Shown here piece by piece: positions 29,522 to 39,590 of a DNA stretch of 64,000 nucleotides. The position numbers and the translations under genes were made by a program. This stretch comes from an uncultured bacterium (GTDB lineage Bacteria > Verrucomicrobiota > Verrucomicrobiia > Verrucomicrobiales > DEV007): assembly GCA_963977015.1 (NCBI GenBank), contig CAXBMO010000009.1, positions 96,001 to 160,000 on the forward strand. The letters are read 5' to 3'. How positions within the stretch are numbered: the first letter of the stretch is position 1; every line of letters begins with the position of its first letter. The notes beneath the pieces are model-generated. The model made no database searches, was not told the origin of the DNA, and worked only from the letters and a program-made list of their open reading frames with translations.

Positions 29522-29986
29522 ATGAATCACATGCTCCTCATTACCGCACAACGTTGCGGTTTGAACGATAGCTCCAAAGTTGCCCAGCTTGTCAGGGCAG
29601 CAAAAACCAGCAATCGCTCAGTGATCGATATGTTTCTGGAGTCCGGAGAACTCAACGAGAAGTCTTTTCTCTATCAGCTCTCCCAGAACTTGATGATGCA
29701 TTGGTGGGAACCTGAAATTGGTTGGAACTGGTCCAGCGAATTGGCGAGCGTGATTAGCAAAGAGAACGCTGAAGAATGGCAAATTGTGCCGTTCAAAACA
29801 GAAGAATTCCGCAACCCGGCTTCTCGCGAAATTCATATTGCCTCTTATCAACCTGTTGATGAGGATGCGATCATCCAGCACCTCAACCAACGGCAAACCT
29901 CGCGGGTCATCTTTTACCTCACAACACGCGATGTTGTCAGCAGCGGGCTCGAAGCAATCTACGAGCCCGTAGGTCTTCCCGCCTAA
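29522..29986 (+). CDS. Stand-alone GspE/PilB N-terminal-like domain protein
   Basis: FLESGELNEKSFL..LS..L...W; IS.E.A..WQIVP; IHIASY.P; resembles T2SSE_N, with no ATPase domain. Confidence 0.5.
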   Translation: MNHMLLITAQRCGLNDSSKVAQLVRAAKTSNRSVIDMFLESGELNEKSFLYQLSQNLMMHWWEPEIGWNWSSELASVISKENAEEWQIVPFKTEEFRNPASREIHIASYQPVDEDAIIQHLNQRQTSRVIFYLTTRDVVSSGLEAIYEPVGLPA

Positions 29987-29987
29987 G

Positions 29988-31052
29988 CTAGCGAGACCCG
30001 CCCCGCATTCCGGACTGGCGCTGATCAAACTCGTTGGGATTTCGACACGCCTGTCGGGCGGTCTCCTCACTGATTACCCCAGATTTAAACGATGCGATCG
30101 CGGAATCGATGAATCGTTGCGTTCCGAGGGAGCTTTCCCGTTCCATAAACTCGCCAATTTGGCCAAAATCTCCCTTGAGCAGCCATCGACGGACGCCGCC
30201 TGAAATTTCCAAGTGCTCCGTTAACAAATGTAGACCATTGCCCGTATTGGGAACCAATGTCTGACACAGCGCCCCGACAAGCTGACTTCCCAAGACCATC
30301 AACGCGCTATTTCTTTCGCTTTCAGGGAAGAGGGCCAATATTCGCTCAAACGTTTCGGGAACATCCGCAGCGTGAAGCGTGGCAAACACCAGGTGCCCCG
30401 TTTCACTGGCCTGCATCGCGATCCGAGCCGTTTCGACATCGCGAATCTCTCCGACAAGAACGACGTCCGGGCTTTGTCGCAGCGCAGCCTTCAACCCCGA
30501 GGCAAAAGATTCCGTGTCGGTGCCAACTTCGCGCTGAGTTACAATACAACCGGAAGGCTGAATCAGATACTCGATGGGATCTTCAATGGTAACGATATGC
30601 TTGCTCTGGTGATGGTTGATCCAATTGAGCAACGCGGCAATGGTCGTTGATTTTCCGGACCCCGTTCCCCCAGTCACCAGAATAATCCCGCCTTTTCGGC
30701 CTCCCCAGTCTTGAAGCAATTCGACAGGAAGCCCCAAAGAGCCAAGATCGGGAATCTGCGTTTTGATCGGACGCATAGCCGCGGCGAGCATTCCAAGCTG
30801 CCGGTGCAGATTAACCCGAAAACGCAATCCCGAGGAGCTTTGCCAACTGGCATCATGCTCGTGCAGAGATTCTGGAATACCTCCACAGGCTTGCCAGAAC
30901 AGCGCCAACTCCTCAGAGCTTATCGGTTCTTCAGAGAGAGGCCGAATCTTTCCAAGTTCCCGAAAGTGAGGAATCTCGCCCGCTTTCAGAAAAATGTCTT
31001 CAGCTCCATGCTGCACCGCAAGGGCGCAGAGTTGATCGATTCGGGCAAGCAT
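29988..31052 (-). CDS. PilT/PilU-family type IV pilus ATPase
   Basis: Walker A GGTGSGKST, TIEDPIEY, QREVG.DT, LRQSPDVVLVGEIRD, ETGHLVFATLH. Confidence 0.93.
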   Translation of the reverse strand: MLARIDQLCALAVQHGAEDIFLKAGEIPHFRELGKIRPLSEEPISSEELALFWQACGGIPESLHEHDASWQSSSGLRFRVNLHRQLGMLAAAMRPIKTQIPDLGSLGLPVELLQDWGGRKGGIILVTGGTGSGKSTTIAALLNWINHHQSKHIVTIEDPIEYLIQPSGCIVTQREVGTDTESFASGLKAALRQSPDVVLVGEIRDVETARIAMQASETGHLVFATLHAADVPETFERILALFPESERNSALMVLGSQLVGALCQTLVPNTGNGLHLLTEHLEISGGVRRWLLKGDFGQIGEFMERESSLGTQRFIDSAIASFKSGVISEETARQACRNPNEFDQRQSGMRGGSR

Positions 31053-31063
31053 GAACCAGCCAA

Positions 31064-31516
31064 TTACCGCTTCATTTCTACCACAAAAATCAGCTGATCA
31101 TCGCCTTGAGCCGGGCCTGCGAAGAAAATAGGGCTATCGGACTTTAAAAGGACATCCGTCTTCACGACCACATTCTCCTGCTGCCACAACTGGAGGTGTA
31201 AACTGCGCCCCCCTTCGACAATCCCCTTATAATCCACACGAAGGAAGAGTTCACTCGAAGGCACAACCCAGGAATGATACTCTTTGCCGATGGGTTGGGT
31301 GTGCTCGCCAATGATTTCAAACGTGGAGAAGTCGAATGACTTTCCAAGCCGGCCAGCCAAATCCTCTGAGACTTTACGGTCGGATGCCGAAGGGCTATCC
31401 GTCGCACGAATCAGGGCGCCCCATAGCTGGGGCGCCTCAGAAGATTCATCAGTTTGAGCAGCAAGGTTGAAACAGAGCCCCAACCATGCGCCCAAGAAAA
31501 TGAGGTTTCGATTCAC
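31064..31516 (-). CDS. Secreted hypothetical protein
   Basis: Signal peptide; GTGA overlap with the anti-sigma stop. Confidence 0.7.
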   Translation of the reverse strand: MNRNLIFLGAWLGLCFNLAAQTDESSEAPQLWGALIRATDSPSASDRKVSEDLAGRLGKSFDFSTFEIIGEHTQPIGKEYHSWVVPSSELFLRVDYKGIVEGGRSLHLQLWQQENVVVKTDVLLKSDSPIFFAGPAQGDDQLIFVVEMKR

Positions 31517-32193
31517 AATCCAGCAGTAATCGTTAGTTCGTGAATTGTCGGTGTGCCATTTGCATCCGTGGTCAACATCAGCAAGGGCTTTCCATCAGGA
31601 GAAAAGACCGTTGTCGTTCCGGAAAGCGGATCGACCTCACTCTGCCCGGGGAAATATCCGCTCACTTCATGGTGGGCAGACAAGGCTTCCATTCCCTGAA
31701 TCTCGAACACAGCCGCATTGGCATTGCGATCGAAATGCGTATCCGCAGTGAACGACTCATGGGGAACATAGGTGCTCGTAACCTGAGTGCGCTCGCCATT
31801 CATGCTGGCAACCGTAACAAGGCCGATACAAAACATGGCGACGCCCATCGCGGCGGCACCACTCAGAATCTTAGTCTGAGAGCTGAAAAAGGAGCTAAAG
31901 AAGTGGGAGAGAGTCGGAATCACCGTATCAAGAGTGATTGAATCGAGCTTTTGCCCGGCAGCTTTCCCTTCTTCCTCAATGCGATTCATAATCCGATGGT
32001 TGAAGAAGTCTCCATAGGGGACTTCAACTTCCTTCGGGAGAGAATCTTCCATCATCGCACCGAGCTGGTGCATGGATTCTTTTTCTTCAACGAGTTCAGG
32101 ACGGTCTTCGAGTAGGTCTGCAACATCATCGTCCGATAGTTCGCCGTCGATCCACCGCATTACGCGGAAATCTTCGTCGGTTAGGTTCTTCAT
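31513..32193 (-). CDS. Putative membrane anti-sigma factor
   Basis: WIDGELS N-terminal motif, central TM, ATGA overlap with the ECF sigma gene. Confidence 0.7.
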   Translation of the reverse strand: MKNLTDEDFRVMRWIDGELSDDDVADLLEDRPELVEEKESMHQLGAMMEDSLPKEVEVPYGDFFNHRIMNRIEEEGKAAGQKLDSITLDTVIPTLSHFFSSFFSSQTKILSGAAAMGVAMFCIGLVTVASMNGERTQVTSTYVPHESFTADTHFDRNANAAVFEIQGMEALSAHHEVSGYFPGQSEVDPLSGTTTVFSPDGKPLLMLTTDANGTPTIHELTITAGL

Positions 32194-32834
32194 TGTGTAC
32201 TTGGTGTGTAAGCGTCTTTCAGTAAGACTTGTAGTTTCTTGCGTGCGTAGAAGAGGCGCGACATCACGGTGCCGATGGAGCAACCGACATGATCCGCGAT
32301 TTCCTGATACTTCAGGCCATCGACCTCTTTTAGAAGGATCACCGCGCGATGATCCGGCGATAGTTTCTCGATCGCAGCTTCAATCCGATCCCGAAGCTCA
32401 CCCTTTTGCGCGTTCTCGTCAGGCTGGTTTTCGCCTTTCGGCGCAGTCGGTGCACTGAGTTCCATGGAGGAGCGGACATTATCGTCAAACTCCGTGCCAT
32501 CTCCGCGCACTTTCTTTTTGCGTAGCCAGTCGTAGGTCACGTTGTGGGCAATCCGGTAAAGCCAAGTGTAGAAGTTTGATCGTGCTTCGAACCGAGGCAG
32601 GGCTTTCCATGCCTTTACGAATGCATCTTGAGCTAGATCCCAAGCATCCGCTTCATTGTGGATCATGTTAACGATCATGGCGTAGACTTTGCCGCGATAG
32701 CGAGTAACTAACATATCGAAGGCTGCCATATCACCTCCCTGGCTCCGTGTTACCAGTTCAGCGTCAGATGGTCCTTCGTCTGCTTCTGACGCGTTTGCCT
32801 TTTTCTTATTCGATGTTGCTGGACCTTTTTTCAT
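32190..32834 (-). CDS. ECF RNA polymerase sigma factor (RpoE-like)
   Basis: DAWDLAQDAFVKAW, FYTWLYRIA.N, GLKYQEIA...CSIGTVMSRLFYARKKL. Confidence 0.95.
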   Translation of the reverse strand: MKKGPATSNKKKANASEADEGPSDAELVTRSQGGDMAAFDMLVTRYRGKVYAMIVNMIHNEADAWDLAQDAFVKAWKALPRFEARSNFYTWLYRIAHNVTYDWLRKKKVRGDGTEFDDNVRSSMELSAPTAPKGENQPDENAQKGELRDRIEAAIEKLSPDHRAVILLKEVDGLKYQEIADHVGCSIGTVMSRLFYARKKLQVLLKDAYTPSTQ

Positions 32835-33211
32835 AGGAGGACACGAAGAATCGACCCACGGGGCCGGAAGATCGGCGCCACATTAACACAGGTGGGAAAA
32901 TGTCGATGATATTCTTCCGAGGAATTTAGTTTTTCGTTCCCCGTCCACGGTTCAGCATGGGATCGAGAGTGTTCGCGATTTTCATGATTCAAATCACCAA
33001 AACTCTAATAAAAACGACAATCCAGAACCACCTCAAAGTCACCAGGCATCCTGATTTTCCCGTAGTGCGCTTAGGTTGTTCCTTGCATGGTTTGGGATGA
33101 GTTTCGCCAACTGGGCGAACTGCGTCGTCAACCTCCCAAACCTATCGCACGTTGGTCAAACAAGACCTCGCCCGGCCCCTTGCCACTGCCCGCTCACTGA
33201 TTTGAAACGCC

Positions 33212-34309
33212 CTACGGAATTTTCTGGCTGCCGCTGCGAATCTCGATTTCTACCCGGCGATTTGCCGCTTCCAGAACGCGGTCGCGCGCATAATCGCCAG
33301 TCGGCATCACCAGCGGATTTCGAGCTCCATATCCAATTGCACGGATATCATACTGATTGAGCCAGAGTGATTTGACCAGATAGTCGCGAACGGCTTCTGC
33401 CCGCAGCTGGCTCAATTGAATGTTGTTGATCGGGCCATCCTCGACCCCCACTTTGGGTTTGAAGGGAATGGAATCGGTAAAGCCCTTGATGATGAACTGA
33501 GACTCCTTGTTGTTGGTGATAATAATCCCCAGACGCATCAGGCTCAGTTTCGCCTCCTCCTTCAGCTCCCACTGACCAAACTCAAAAAGGAGATCGGTCG
33601 GAATCATCGCCTCAGTCCGCTCCGGAAGATTCTCCCCTTTCCCCATCAGTTCTTCCAGGGTGCTGAAGCGCCCCTTAATGTTGGCCCGGGCCTGGCTGCT
33701 CATTCCCTTGGTCATCGCATCAATGAGCTCATCGGAATTCGCACCATCATTTCCAAAATCCCGTTCCTCAATGATCAACGACTTTTGATTGATCGAGACA
33801 CGAGACGCTTCGGCCAATTTTTGGCGCATGGCCCCCAATTCTGCTTCTGAGGCCTGCGTATCGATCTTTGCATCGAGCGCCTGAACGTTCACGGATTGGG
33901 GAACAATGGGCGATTCCGAGGTAAACAGATTCTTAATCGTGTCGGTCTCGGGGGTCAGTTTCACGATTTCGGGAAACGATTCCGGCATTTCCGGAGGCTC
34001 CTCATCCCACGTCAGGTCGGTATCCTTGGTGGGAGCGGTCTCCTCAATCGGGGCTTCCTCGGCAAAAATTCGTTCCAAATCCGCTTCATCAACCACGGTT
34101 CGATCCCGCGGGGAAGTGTTGATCTGGATCGCCTCTGCCGCCGTCTTCATCATGACCTGAACCCGCTCAAACATGAGAAAAAGCCCGAGATGAACCAAAA
34201 CAGAAAGAAGAACCGCAAGGGAAACCCAAACGCTGTAATTCTTCATCGGCTGGCTCTTGTAGCCGGCTGCATTTTTGGCCGATTGCCAACTATACTCGGA
34301 ACTTTGCAT
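33212..34309 (-). CDS. Inner-membrane-anchored OmpA/MotB-like peptidoglycan-binding protein
   Basis: TM SLAVLLSVLVHLGLF; DLLFEFG, GFTDS, LSQLRAEAV, NRRVEI. Confidence 0.85.
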   Translation of the reverse strand: MQSSEYSWQSAKNAAGYKSQPMKNYSVWVSLAVLLSVLVHLGLFLMFERVQVMMKTAAEAIQINTSPRDRTVVDEADLERIFAEEAPIEETAPTKDTDLTWDEEPPEMPESFPEIVKLTPETDTIKNLFTSESPIVPQSVNVQALDAKIDTQASEAELGAMRQKLAEASRVSINQKSLIIEERDFGNDGANSDELIDAMTKGMSSQARANIKGRFSTLEELMGKGENLPERTEAMIPTDLLFEFGQWELKEEAKLSLMRLGIIITNNKESQFIIKGFTDSIPFKPKVGVEDGPINNIQLSQLRAEAVRDYLVKSLWLNQYDIRAIGYGARNPLVMPTGDYARDRVLEAANRRVEIEIRSGSQKIP

Positions 34310-34442
34310 ACAAATGCGGAGGTTAAGACTCGGACGAGATCAGGCTAGCAGACGTTCAGTTTTCGGGAAAGTTCATTTCCATGTTGCCAGAAAGGCAGCG
34401 GAGTTGTTCAGTTGCGCGCCCAACAGTCATCCACCTTCTAAC

Positions 34443-36020
34443 ATGTCGCAACCAGCCAATTCAGCCAAATCAATGGAGAAAATCGTCAGCCTTTGCAAGC
34501 GACGCAGCTTCATCTTTCAATCGGCCGAGATTTACGGAGGACTCAACGGTTGTTGGGACTACGGTCCGCTTGGAGCCGAATTGAAGCGCAATCTGAAGGA
34601 TTACTGGTGGAGGCGAAATGTGCAGAATCGCGAAGATGTCGTCGGGATGGATGGCTCGATCCTTACTCATCATGCCGTCCTCAAAGCATCGGGGCATGTA
34701 GACACCTTCAATGATCCGATGTGCGACGACCTCTTGACGAAAGAGCGTCTGCGAGCAGATCAAATTGAACCTCAAAGCGGAACGGTCCTCCACTTCACGG
34801 GCGCTTCGCATGAAGAATCCGGTTGGTCGGTGGAAAAAAACTACTCTGTGCTGATCCGGGAGAACGATGAAGGAGCCAAAGCCCGCAAGACGGCCAAGCT
34901 CTACTACTCCCAGTTTCTCAGCGACAAACAAATCTCCCCGAAGAAATTGGAGCTTACTGGTGAAAAGCCGGAAGAGGTCACCGATTCAATTGCTTACAAC
35001 CCCGAAACCGGCTCACGGTTGACCGAGGCCCGCGCGTTCAACCTCATGTTCAAGACCACCATGGGAGCATCTGCAGATCAAGATGATCCCAACGCGGTTG
35101 CCTATCTCCGCCCGGAAACGGCTCAAACCATTTTCACCCAGTACAAGAACGTGCAGGATTCGAATCGGGTGAAGTTGCCGTTTGGGATCGCCCAACTTGG
35201 AAAAGCCTTTCGCAATGAGATCAATCCCCGAAACTACACGTTTCGGTCGCGCGAATTCGAGCAGATGGAGATCGAGTACTTCTGCCGCGGAGAAGACGGC
35301 CTCCGCCTTACCGATGAGTGGCTCGAAGAACGTTTGAGCTTTTATGAAGACATCGGGATTCCGCGCGAGAAGCTACATGTGCTCGACGTTCCAGATGGTG
35401 AGCGCGCTCATTACTCGAGCAAAACTTATGACATCGAATACGAATTCCCGTTCGGGATTCAGGAACTCGAGGGAATTGCCTATCGCACAGATTACGATCT
35501 CAAGAAGCATGCGGAACACTCAGGCAAGCCGATGGAGTATTTCGATGAGGCGACCAAGGAAAAGTTCATACCTCACGTGGTAGAGCCAAGTGCAGGATGC
35601 GACCGAACCGTTCTCGCGTTGATCTGCGAGGCTTACGACGAAGAAACGATAACGAACGAGAAAGGGAAGGAAGAGACCCGGATCGTGATGCACTTCCATC
35701 CTCGGGTGGCACCGATCAAGTGCGGCATCTTCCCATTGGTTAAGAACAAGCCCGAATTGGTCGAGAAAGCCCGCGAAGTACAGAAGCTACTTCAACCGCA
35801 CATGACGGTCTTTTATGACGAAACCGCTGCGATTGGCCGCCGCTATCGCCGCCAAGATGAGGTCGGAACTCCGTTCGGAGTGACAGTCGATTTCGACACC
35901 CTGGGAGAAAGCGGAGACGAGTTGAAAGATACCGTCACCCTTCGTCACCGAGACAGCATGGAGCAAGAGCGTGTCGCGATTTCCGACCTTCTGGCCTTTC
36001 TGCTGGAGCGGATCGCGTAA
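34443..36020 (+). CDS. glyQS: Glycine--tRNA ligase, homodimeric type
   Basis: WDYGPLG.ELK, YLRPETAQ, FRNEINPRN..FR.REFEQME, EPSAG.DR, IGRRYRRQDEVGTP. Confidence 0.97.
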   Translation: MSQPANSAKSMEKIVSLCKRRSFIFQSAEIYGGLNGCWDYGPLGAELKRNLKDYWWRRNVQNREDVVGMDGSILTHHAVLKASGHVDTFNDPMCDDLLTKERLRADQIEPQSGTVLHFTGASHEESGWSVEKNYSVLIRENDEGAKARKTAKLYYSQFLSDKQISPKKLELTGEKPEEVTDSIAYNPETGSRLTEARAFNLMFKTTMGASADQDDPNAVAYLRPETAQTIFTQYKNVQDSNRVKLPFGIAQLGKAFRNEINPRNYTFRSREFEQMEIEYFCRGEDGLRLTDEWLEERLSFYEDIGIPREKLHVLDVPDGERAHYSSKTYDIEYEFPFGIQELEGIAYRTDYDLKKHAEHSGKPMEYFDEATKEKFIPHVVEPSAGCDRTVLALICEAYDEETITNEKGKEETRIVMHFHPRVAPIKCGIFPLVKNKPELVEKAREVQKLLQPHMTVFYDETAAIGRRYRRQDEVGTPFGVTVDFDTLGESGDELKDTVTLRHRDSMEQERVAISDLLAFLLERIA

Positions 36021-36052
36021 CATCGCCCTTTTCAAATCAATCTTCCGGAATC

Positions 36053-36084
36053 AAAAAAAGGCGCTTCTTGCGAAGCGCCTTTTT
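36053..36084. terminator. Bidirectional intrinsic terminator
   Basis: AAAAAGGCGCTTC-ttgc-GAAGCGCCTTTTT between convergent genes. Confidence 0.9.
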
Positions 36085-36124
36085 GATGAACTATTCCAAA
36101 TTTGAAAGGGATCGCCTTTCCCAA

Positions 36125-38518
36125 TCACCCAAGATTCTTCTGCGTGGTTGGCAGGTAGCGATAGTAAACTTCCAGCATCAGGGTGCAGAGGCAGGTGTGG
36201 TAAATAGCTGCAGTAACAGGATCCTTTGGACCATGCCCGCCGTTGACTTTGAAGAAACCGCTCTCGTCCTGGGATGCGAGGATCTTCGGCATCGCAAATT
36301 CATTCCAATTTTTCCAGTCCTCTCCCCCCTTCAGAAAATAAGCCTGCATGATGTAATACCAGCCGTAGGCGTGAACATTGCCCTTACCCAAATGGTATTT
36401 GTTCATGCCTTCGAAAGCCTTCTGAGTTTCCGGGGCATCGTCCAAGCCCTTCATCAAAAAGGCCAGCGCACCAACGCCAGCGAGACCTGGATTGACCTTG
36501 TTCTTGTCTCCCTCAACCCGATACAGCAATCCACCCTTGGGGTCCTGGGCCCTCTTCATATACTCGATTGCTTTCTCCATCCCCTTTTCAAGTCCGCTAA
36601 TACTTTCACCCGTATTGGATGCAGCCTTGAGAGCTTGAAATTGCCAACCACTTACCGATCCGTCGGGATTATTTCCTTGGCGGTAGCCGTAATCCCAACC
36701 TCCAGTTTTCTGCTGCCCTTCCAAAATCACCTTAATTCCTTTTTTCATGGTGGACTCAAGTCGCGGAATGCGTTTCGCAGCTCCCGAAGCCTTTGTCATC
36801 GTGTACATTTCAGCCAACGCGTAGCTGCAAATCGCATTCTCGTAGGCAGCCTTTCCACCCTCAGACATAATCGCTCCGGTCGGGTGATCGGAGTCCTTTG
36901 CCCGTTCCATCAAAAACAACGTCGCCTTGGTTACGGTTTCACCAAACTCCACCGAATCGGGAGTTTCGCAGTGTCCCAGAAGCGCCAAGACCACCAATGC
37001 CGTCATGGAAGCCTGATATTCGCGACCGAACGAACCATCTTCGTTTTGGTTCTCCTTCAGGTAACGAAGGGCCTTTCGAACCGCGCTTTCACACTTGGTG
37101 GTGGCTCCGCTCTCTTTCAAACGCGCCATTCGTTGCCCCATACTGCACCGGCCAGCCATGGAAGGCGGAATACTGGACATTCCAGCACCTCCTCCCGGAG
37201 GAGAAAAGGACATTCCAAAGTCCATGCCCATCTCGGCCCCCATCCCGACAACGGCAGAAGTGGCCGCCGTATCCACCGTTGGCATCGCGATGTCGGAGAA
37301 CATTGAACTGGTCAACACCTGCTGGGTCGCAGGCGCCGGAGCCGTCTGCTGCATCTGCGGCTTCTTGATTTCGTTCGCCTGCATGTCTTCCGATGAATCG
37401 GCAGACGAAACAGAGGCATAAATTTCCGGTGGCTTGCTTTGGGGGATATTCATCGCCACCAGCGTGAACAACCCCAGAATGACCACGTGCGCGACCACCG
37501 CAATCGCAATTGAGGAGACTTTGTCATTCGTGCTCTTGACTTCCCTGACCTGAGGCTTCGCGCTCATTTCATCTACCGTTCCCGACATCGCAGCCACCAT
37601 TGCGGTTTGTCTCCCAACGATTTGCGAAACCAGATCTTCCGGCTCCTCATCTCCTTCTGAATCCACCGCAGCAACGACAAGAGCAGGATCTTCGGTCGCG
37701 CTTATGGGAGTGACAACGAGGCCCGTTCCTTCCATCTTGATCTGTTCCGCAGAACGCTTCGGAAGCGAAGCTTGAGGAGCTCCCAATGGAACCACATCCG
37801 GCGTTAGGGCCGGAATCTCATCAATTGCACTGGTGCTTTCCACTGCCGAATCGTCATCAACGATCGCGGCGACAATCTCTTCATCAGCTTCAGCCGACAC
37901 CGCCGCAGGAATACTCGTTGGAGAAGTTGGCGGCTGAATTGGAGCAACCCCAGGAACCGTGGGCACTGGAGTTTCATCAACGGGCAGCGCTTCCGCAATT
38001 GGAGCAACGACAACATGACTCGTCGTCCGCTTGGCTGCTTTTGCCAACCCTGGAAGAGCGACAGGAACAGCTTCTTCAAACCCTTCCATCTGAATCGGCG
38101 CCACCGCAAAGGGGTCGTAACCGTCCGTGCCCAAATGCGGATTCAATACCAAGGCGACTTTCCGATGGGTTTCCGCCTTGGCATCCAGCCCCTGAAGTTC
38201 ATACAGCCGGGATTTCAACAAATGCGCCCGAGCGCTCGAAGGGTGATGAACCAAAAAGCTGTCAATCAGTTGGTGTGCCCTCTTGATGCTGTGTCCACCT
38301 GCCAATTGACAAGCAAAGAGCGCATGATCTTCGGTATCAGGAGCAACCGGCGCTGTCGTGGCCAAACTGAGGGCGCTCGACTCGTCTCCCAGCCGAAGAT
38401 AATGCTCCGCGATGTAGCGCCGAGTATTCCAGTTGGCCGGTTCGGCCTCAAGCGCACTAAGAAGGAAGGGGATTTCGTCTGAACTCACAAGCAATCTGGG
38501 AAAAAATTCTGGGATCAA
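36125..38518 (-). CDS. TPR - acidic linker - TM - prenyltransferase/squalene-oxidase-repeat protein
   Basis: N-terminal TPR-like helices; TM IAIAVVAHVVILGLF; QNEDGSF, QQKTGGWDY, QDPKGG and QDESGFF QW-type repeats; start uncertain. Confidence 0.8.
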   Translation of the reverse strand: MIPEFFPRLLVSSDEIPFLLSALEAEPANWNTRRYIAEHYLRLGDESSALSLATTAPVAPDTEDHALFACQLAGGHSIKRAHQLIDSFLVHHPSSARAHLLKSRLYELQGLDAKAETHRKVALVLNPHLGTDGYDPFAVAPIQMEGFEEAVPVALPGLAKAAKRTTSHVVVAPIAEALPVDETPVPTVPGVAPIQPPTSPTSIPAAVSAEADEEIVAAIVDDDSAVESTSAIDEIPALTPDVVPLGAPQASLPKRSAEQIKMEGTGLVVTPISATEDPALVVAAVDSEGDEEPEDLVSQIVGRQTAMVAAMSGTVDEMSAKPQVREVKSTNDKVSSIAIAVVAHVVILGLFTLVAMNIPQSKPPEIYASVSSADSSEDMQANEIKKPQMQQTAPAPATQQVLTSSMFSDIAMPTVDTAATSAVVGMGAEMGMDFGMSFSPPGGGAGMSSIPPSMAGRCSMGQRMARLKESGATTKCESAVRKALRYLKENQNEDGSFGREYQASMTALVVLALLGHCETPDSVEFGETVTKATLFLMERAKDSDHPTGAIMSEGGKAAYENAICSYALAEMYTMTKASGAAKRIPRLESTMKKGIKVILEGQQKTGGWDYGYRQGNNPDGSVSGWQFQALKAASNTGESISGLEKGMEKAIEYMKRAQDPKGGLLYRVEGDKNKVNPGLAGVGALAFLMKGLDDAPETQKAFEGMNKYHLGKGNVHAYGWYYIMQAYFLKGGEDWKNWNEFAMPKILASQDESGFFKVNGGHGPKDPVTAAIYHTCLCTLMLEVYYRYLPTTQKNLG

Positions 38519-38654
38519 GCAGAGACTGTCGCAGTCTCTCCCTGAGGAACACCTCGGTCAAGACGCAATTCTTAACAGGCTTCTTAGAAAAAATCAGGAT
38601 TTTCCTGCCACCAATGCTTGACTGAGGAATTGCCACCACCACTATGCGAGCCTT

Positions 38655-39539
38655 ATGGCTGAGAATTCACCTCAACTCCGCTTGGGCCTCCCGAAAGGCA
38701 GCCTCCAAGACGCTACCCTGAACCTCTTCGAAAAAGCAGGATTCAACATCTATGTTTCCAGTCGCGGCTACAAGCCTAGCGTCGATGATCCCAGTCTCAC
38801 ACTTCGCCTGATCCGTGCTCAGGAAGTCGGAAGATATGTCGATCATGGCTTTTTGGACTGCGGAATCACTGGCAAAGACTGGATTGCTGAAAATAAAGCT
38901 GACGTCGAGGTCATTTGCGATCTTCAATACAGCAAGGCGACATCGAACCCGACACGCTGGGTTCTTGCCGTTCCCGAAGATTCCGACATCCAGAGCATCG
39001 ATGACCTTGCTGGGAAGCGGATCGCGACCGAAGCCGTGGGCCTGACCGAACAACTTCTGGAGGCCCGTGGAATCAAAGCCCATGTCGAATTCAGCTGGGG
39101 CGCAACGGAAGTGAAAGTGCCCGAATTGGTTGATGCCATCGTTGATATCACCGAAACAGGCTCGTCACTGCGCGCCAACAATCTCAGAATCGTCGACACC
39201 CTGATGGAGTCCTTTCCTCAGTTGGTTGCGAACAAGTCTGCCTTTGCTGATCCCTGGAAGCGACAGAAGATCGAGCAGATTTCGCTCCTTTTGCGTTCTG
39301 CACAGAATGCCCGGGACAAAGTCGGCTTGAAAATGAATCTCCCTGAAAAAGATTTGCAAAACGTTCTGGACTGCCTACCCTCCCTCCGCCGTCCGACCGT
39401 AGCTAATTTGGCTGAAGAAGGCTGGGTGGCAGTGGAAACAGTAATCGACGAAGCTGTCGTTCGGGAGATTATCCCCAAGCTCACCAATTTAGGGGCAGAG
39501 GGGATTATCGAATACCCTCTCAACAAGCTCGTGCCGTGA
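38655..39539 (+). CDS. hisG: ATP phosphoribosyltransferase (long form)
   Basis: [36 protein letters not shown]-terminal regulatory domain. Confidence 0.97.
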   Translation: MAENSPQLRLGLPKGSLQDATLNLFEKAGFNIYVSSRGYKPSVDDPSLTLRLIRAQEVGRYVDHGFLDCGITGKDWIAENKADVEVICDLQYSKATSNPTRWVLAVPEDSDIQSIDDLAGKRIATEAVGLTEQLLEARGIKAHVEFSWGATEVKVPELVDAIVDITETGSSLRANNLRIVDTLMESFPQLVANKSAFADPWKRQKIEQISLLLRSAQNARDKVGLKMNLPEKDLQNVLDCLPSLRRPTVANLAEEGWVAVETVIDEAVVREIIPKLTNLGAEGIIEYPLNKLVP

Positions 39540-39590
39540 CCCCTGCTATCTGGAACCCTGGCGACTAAACTTGTAAGTATCACGACTCCT

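Noticed and set aside
32861-32916. GGGCCGGAAGA and GATATTCTT shared with the 11484-11505 intergenic region
   Set aside because: The matches are short and in opposite order; consistent with chance.
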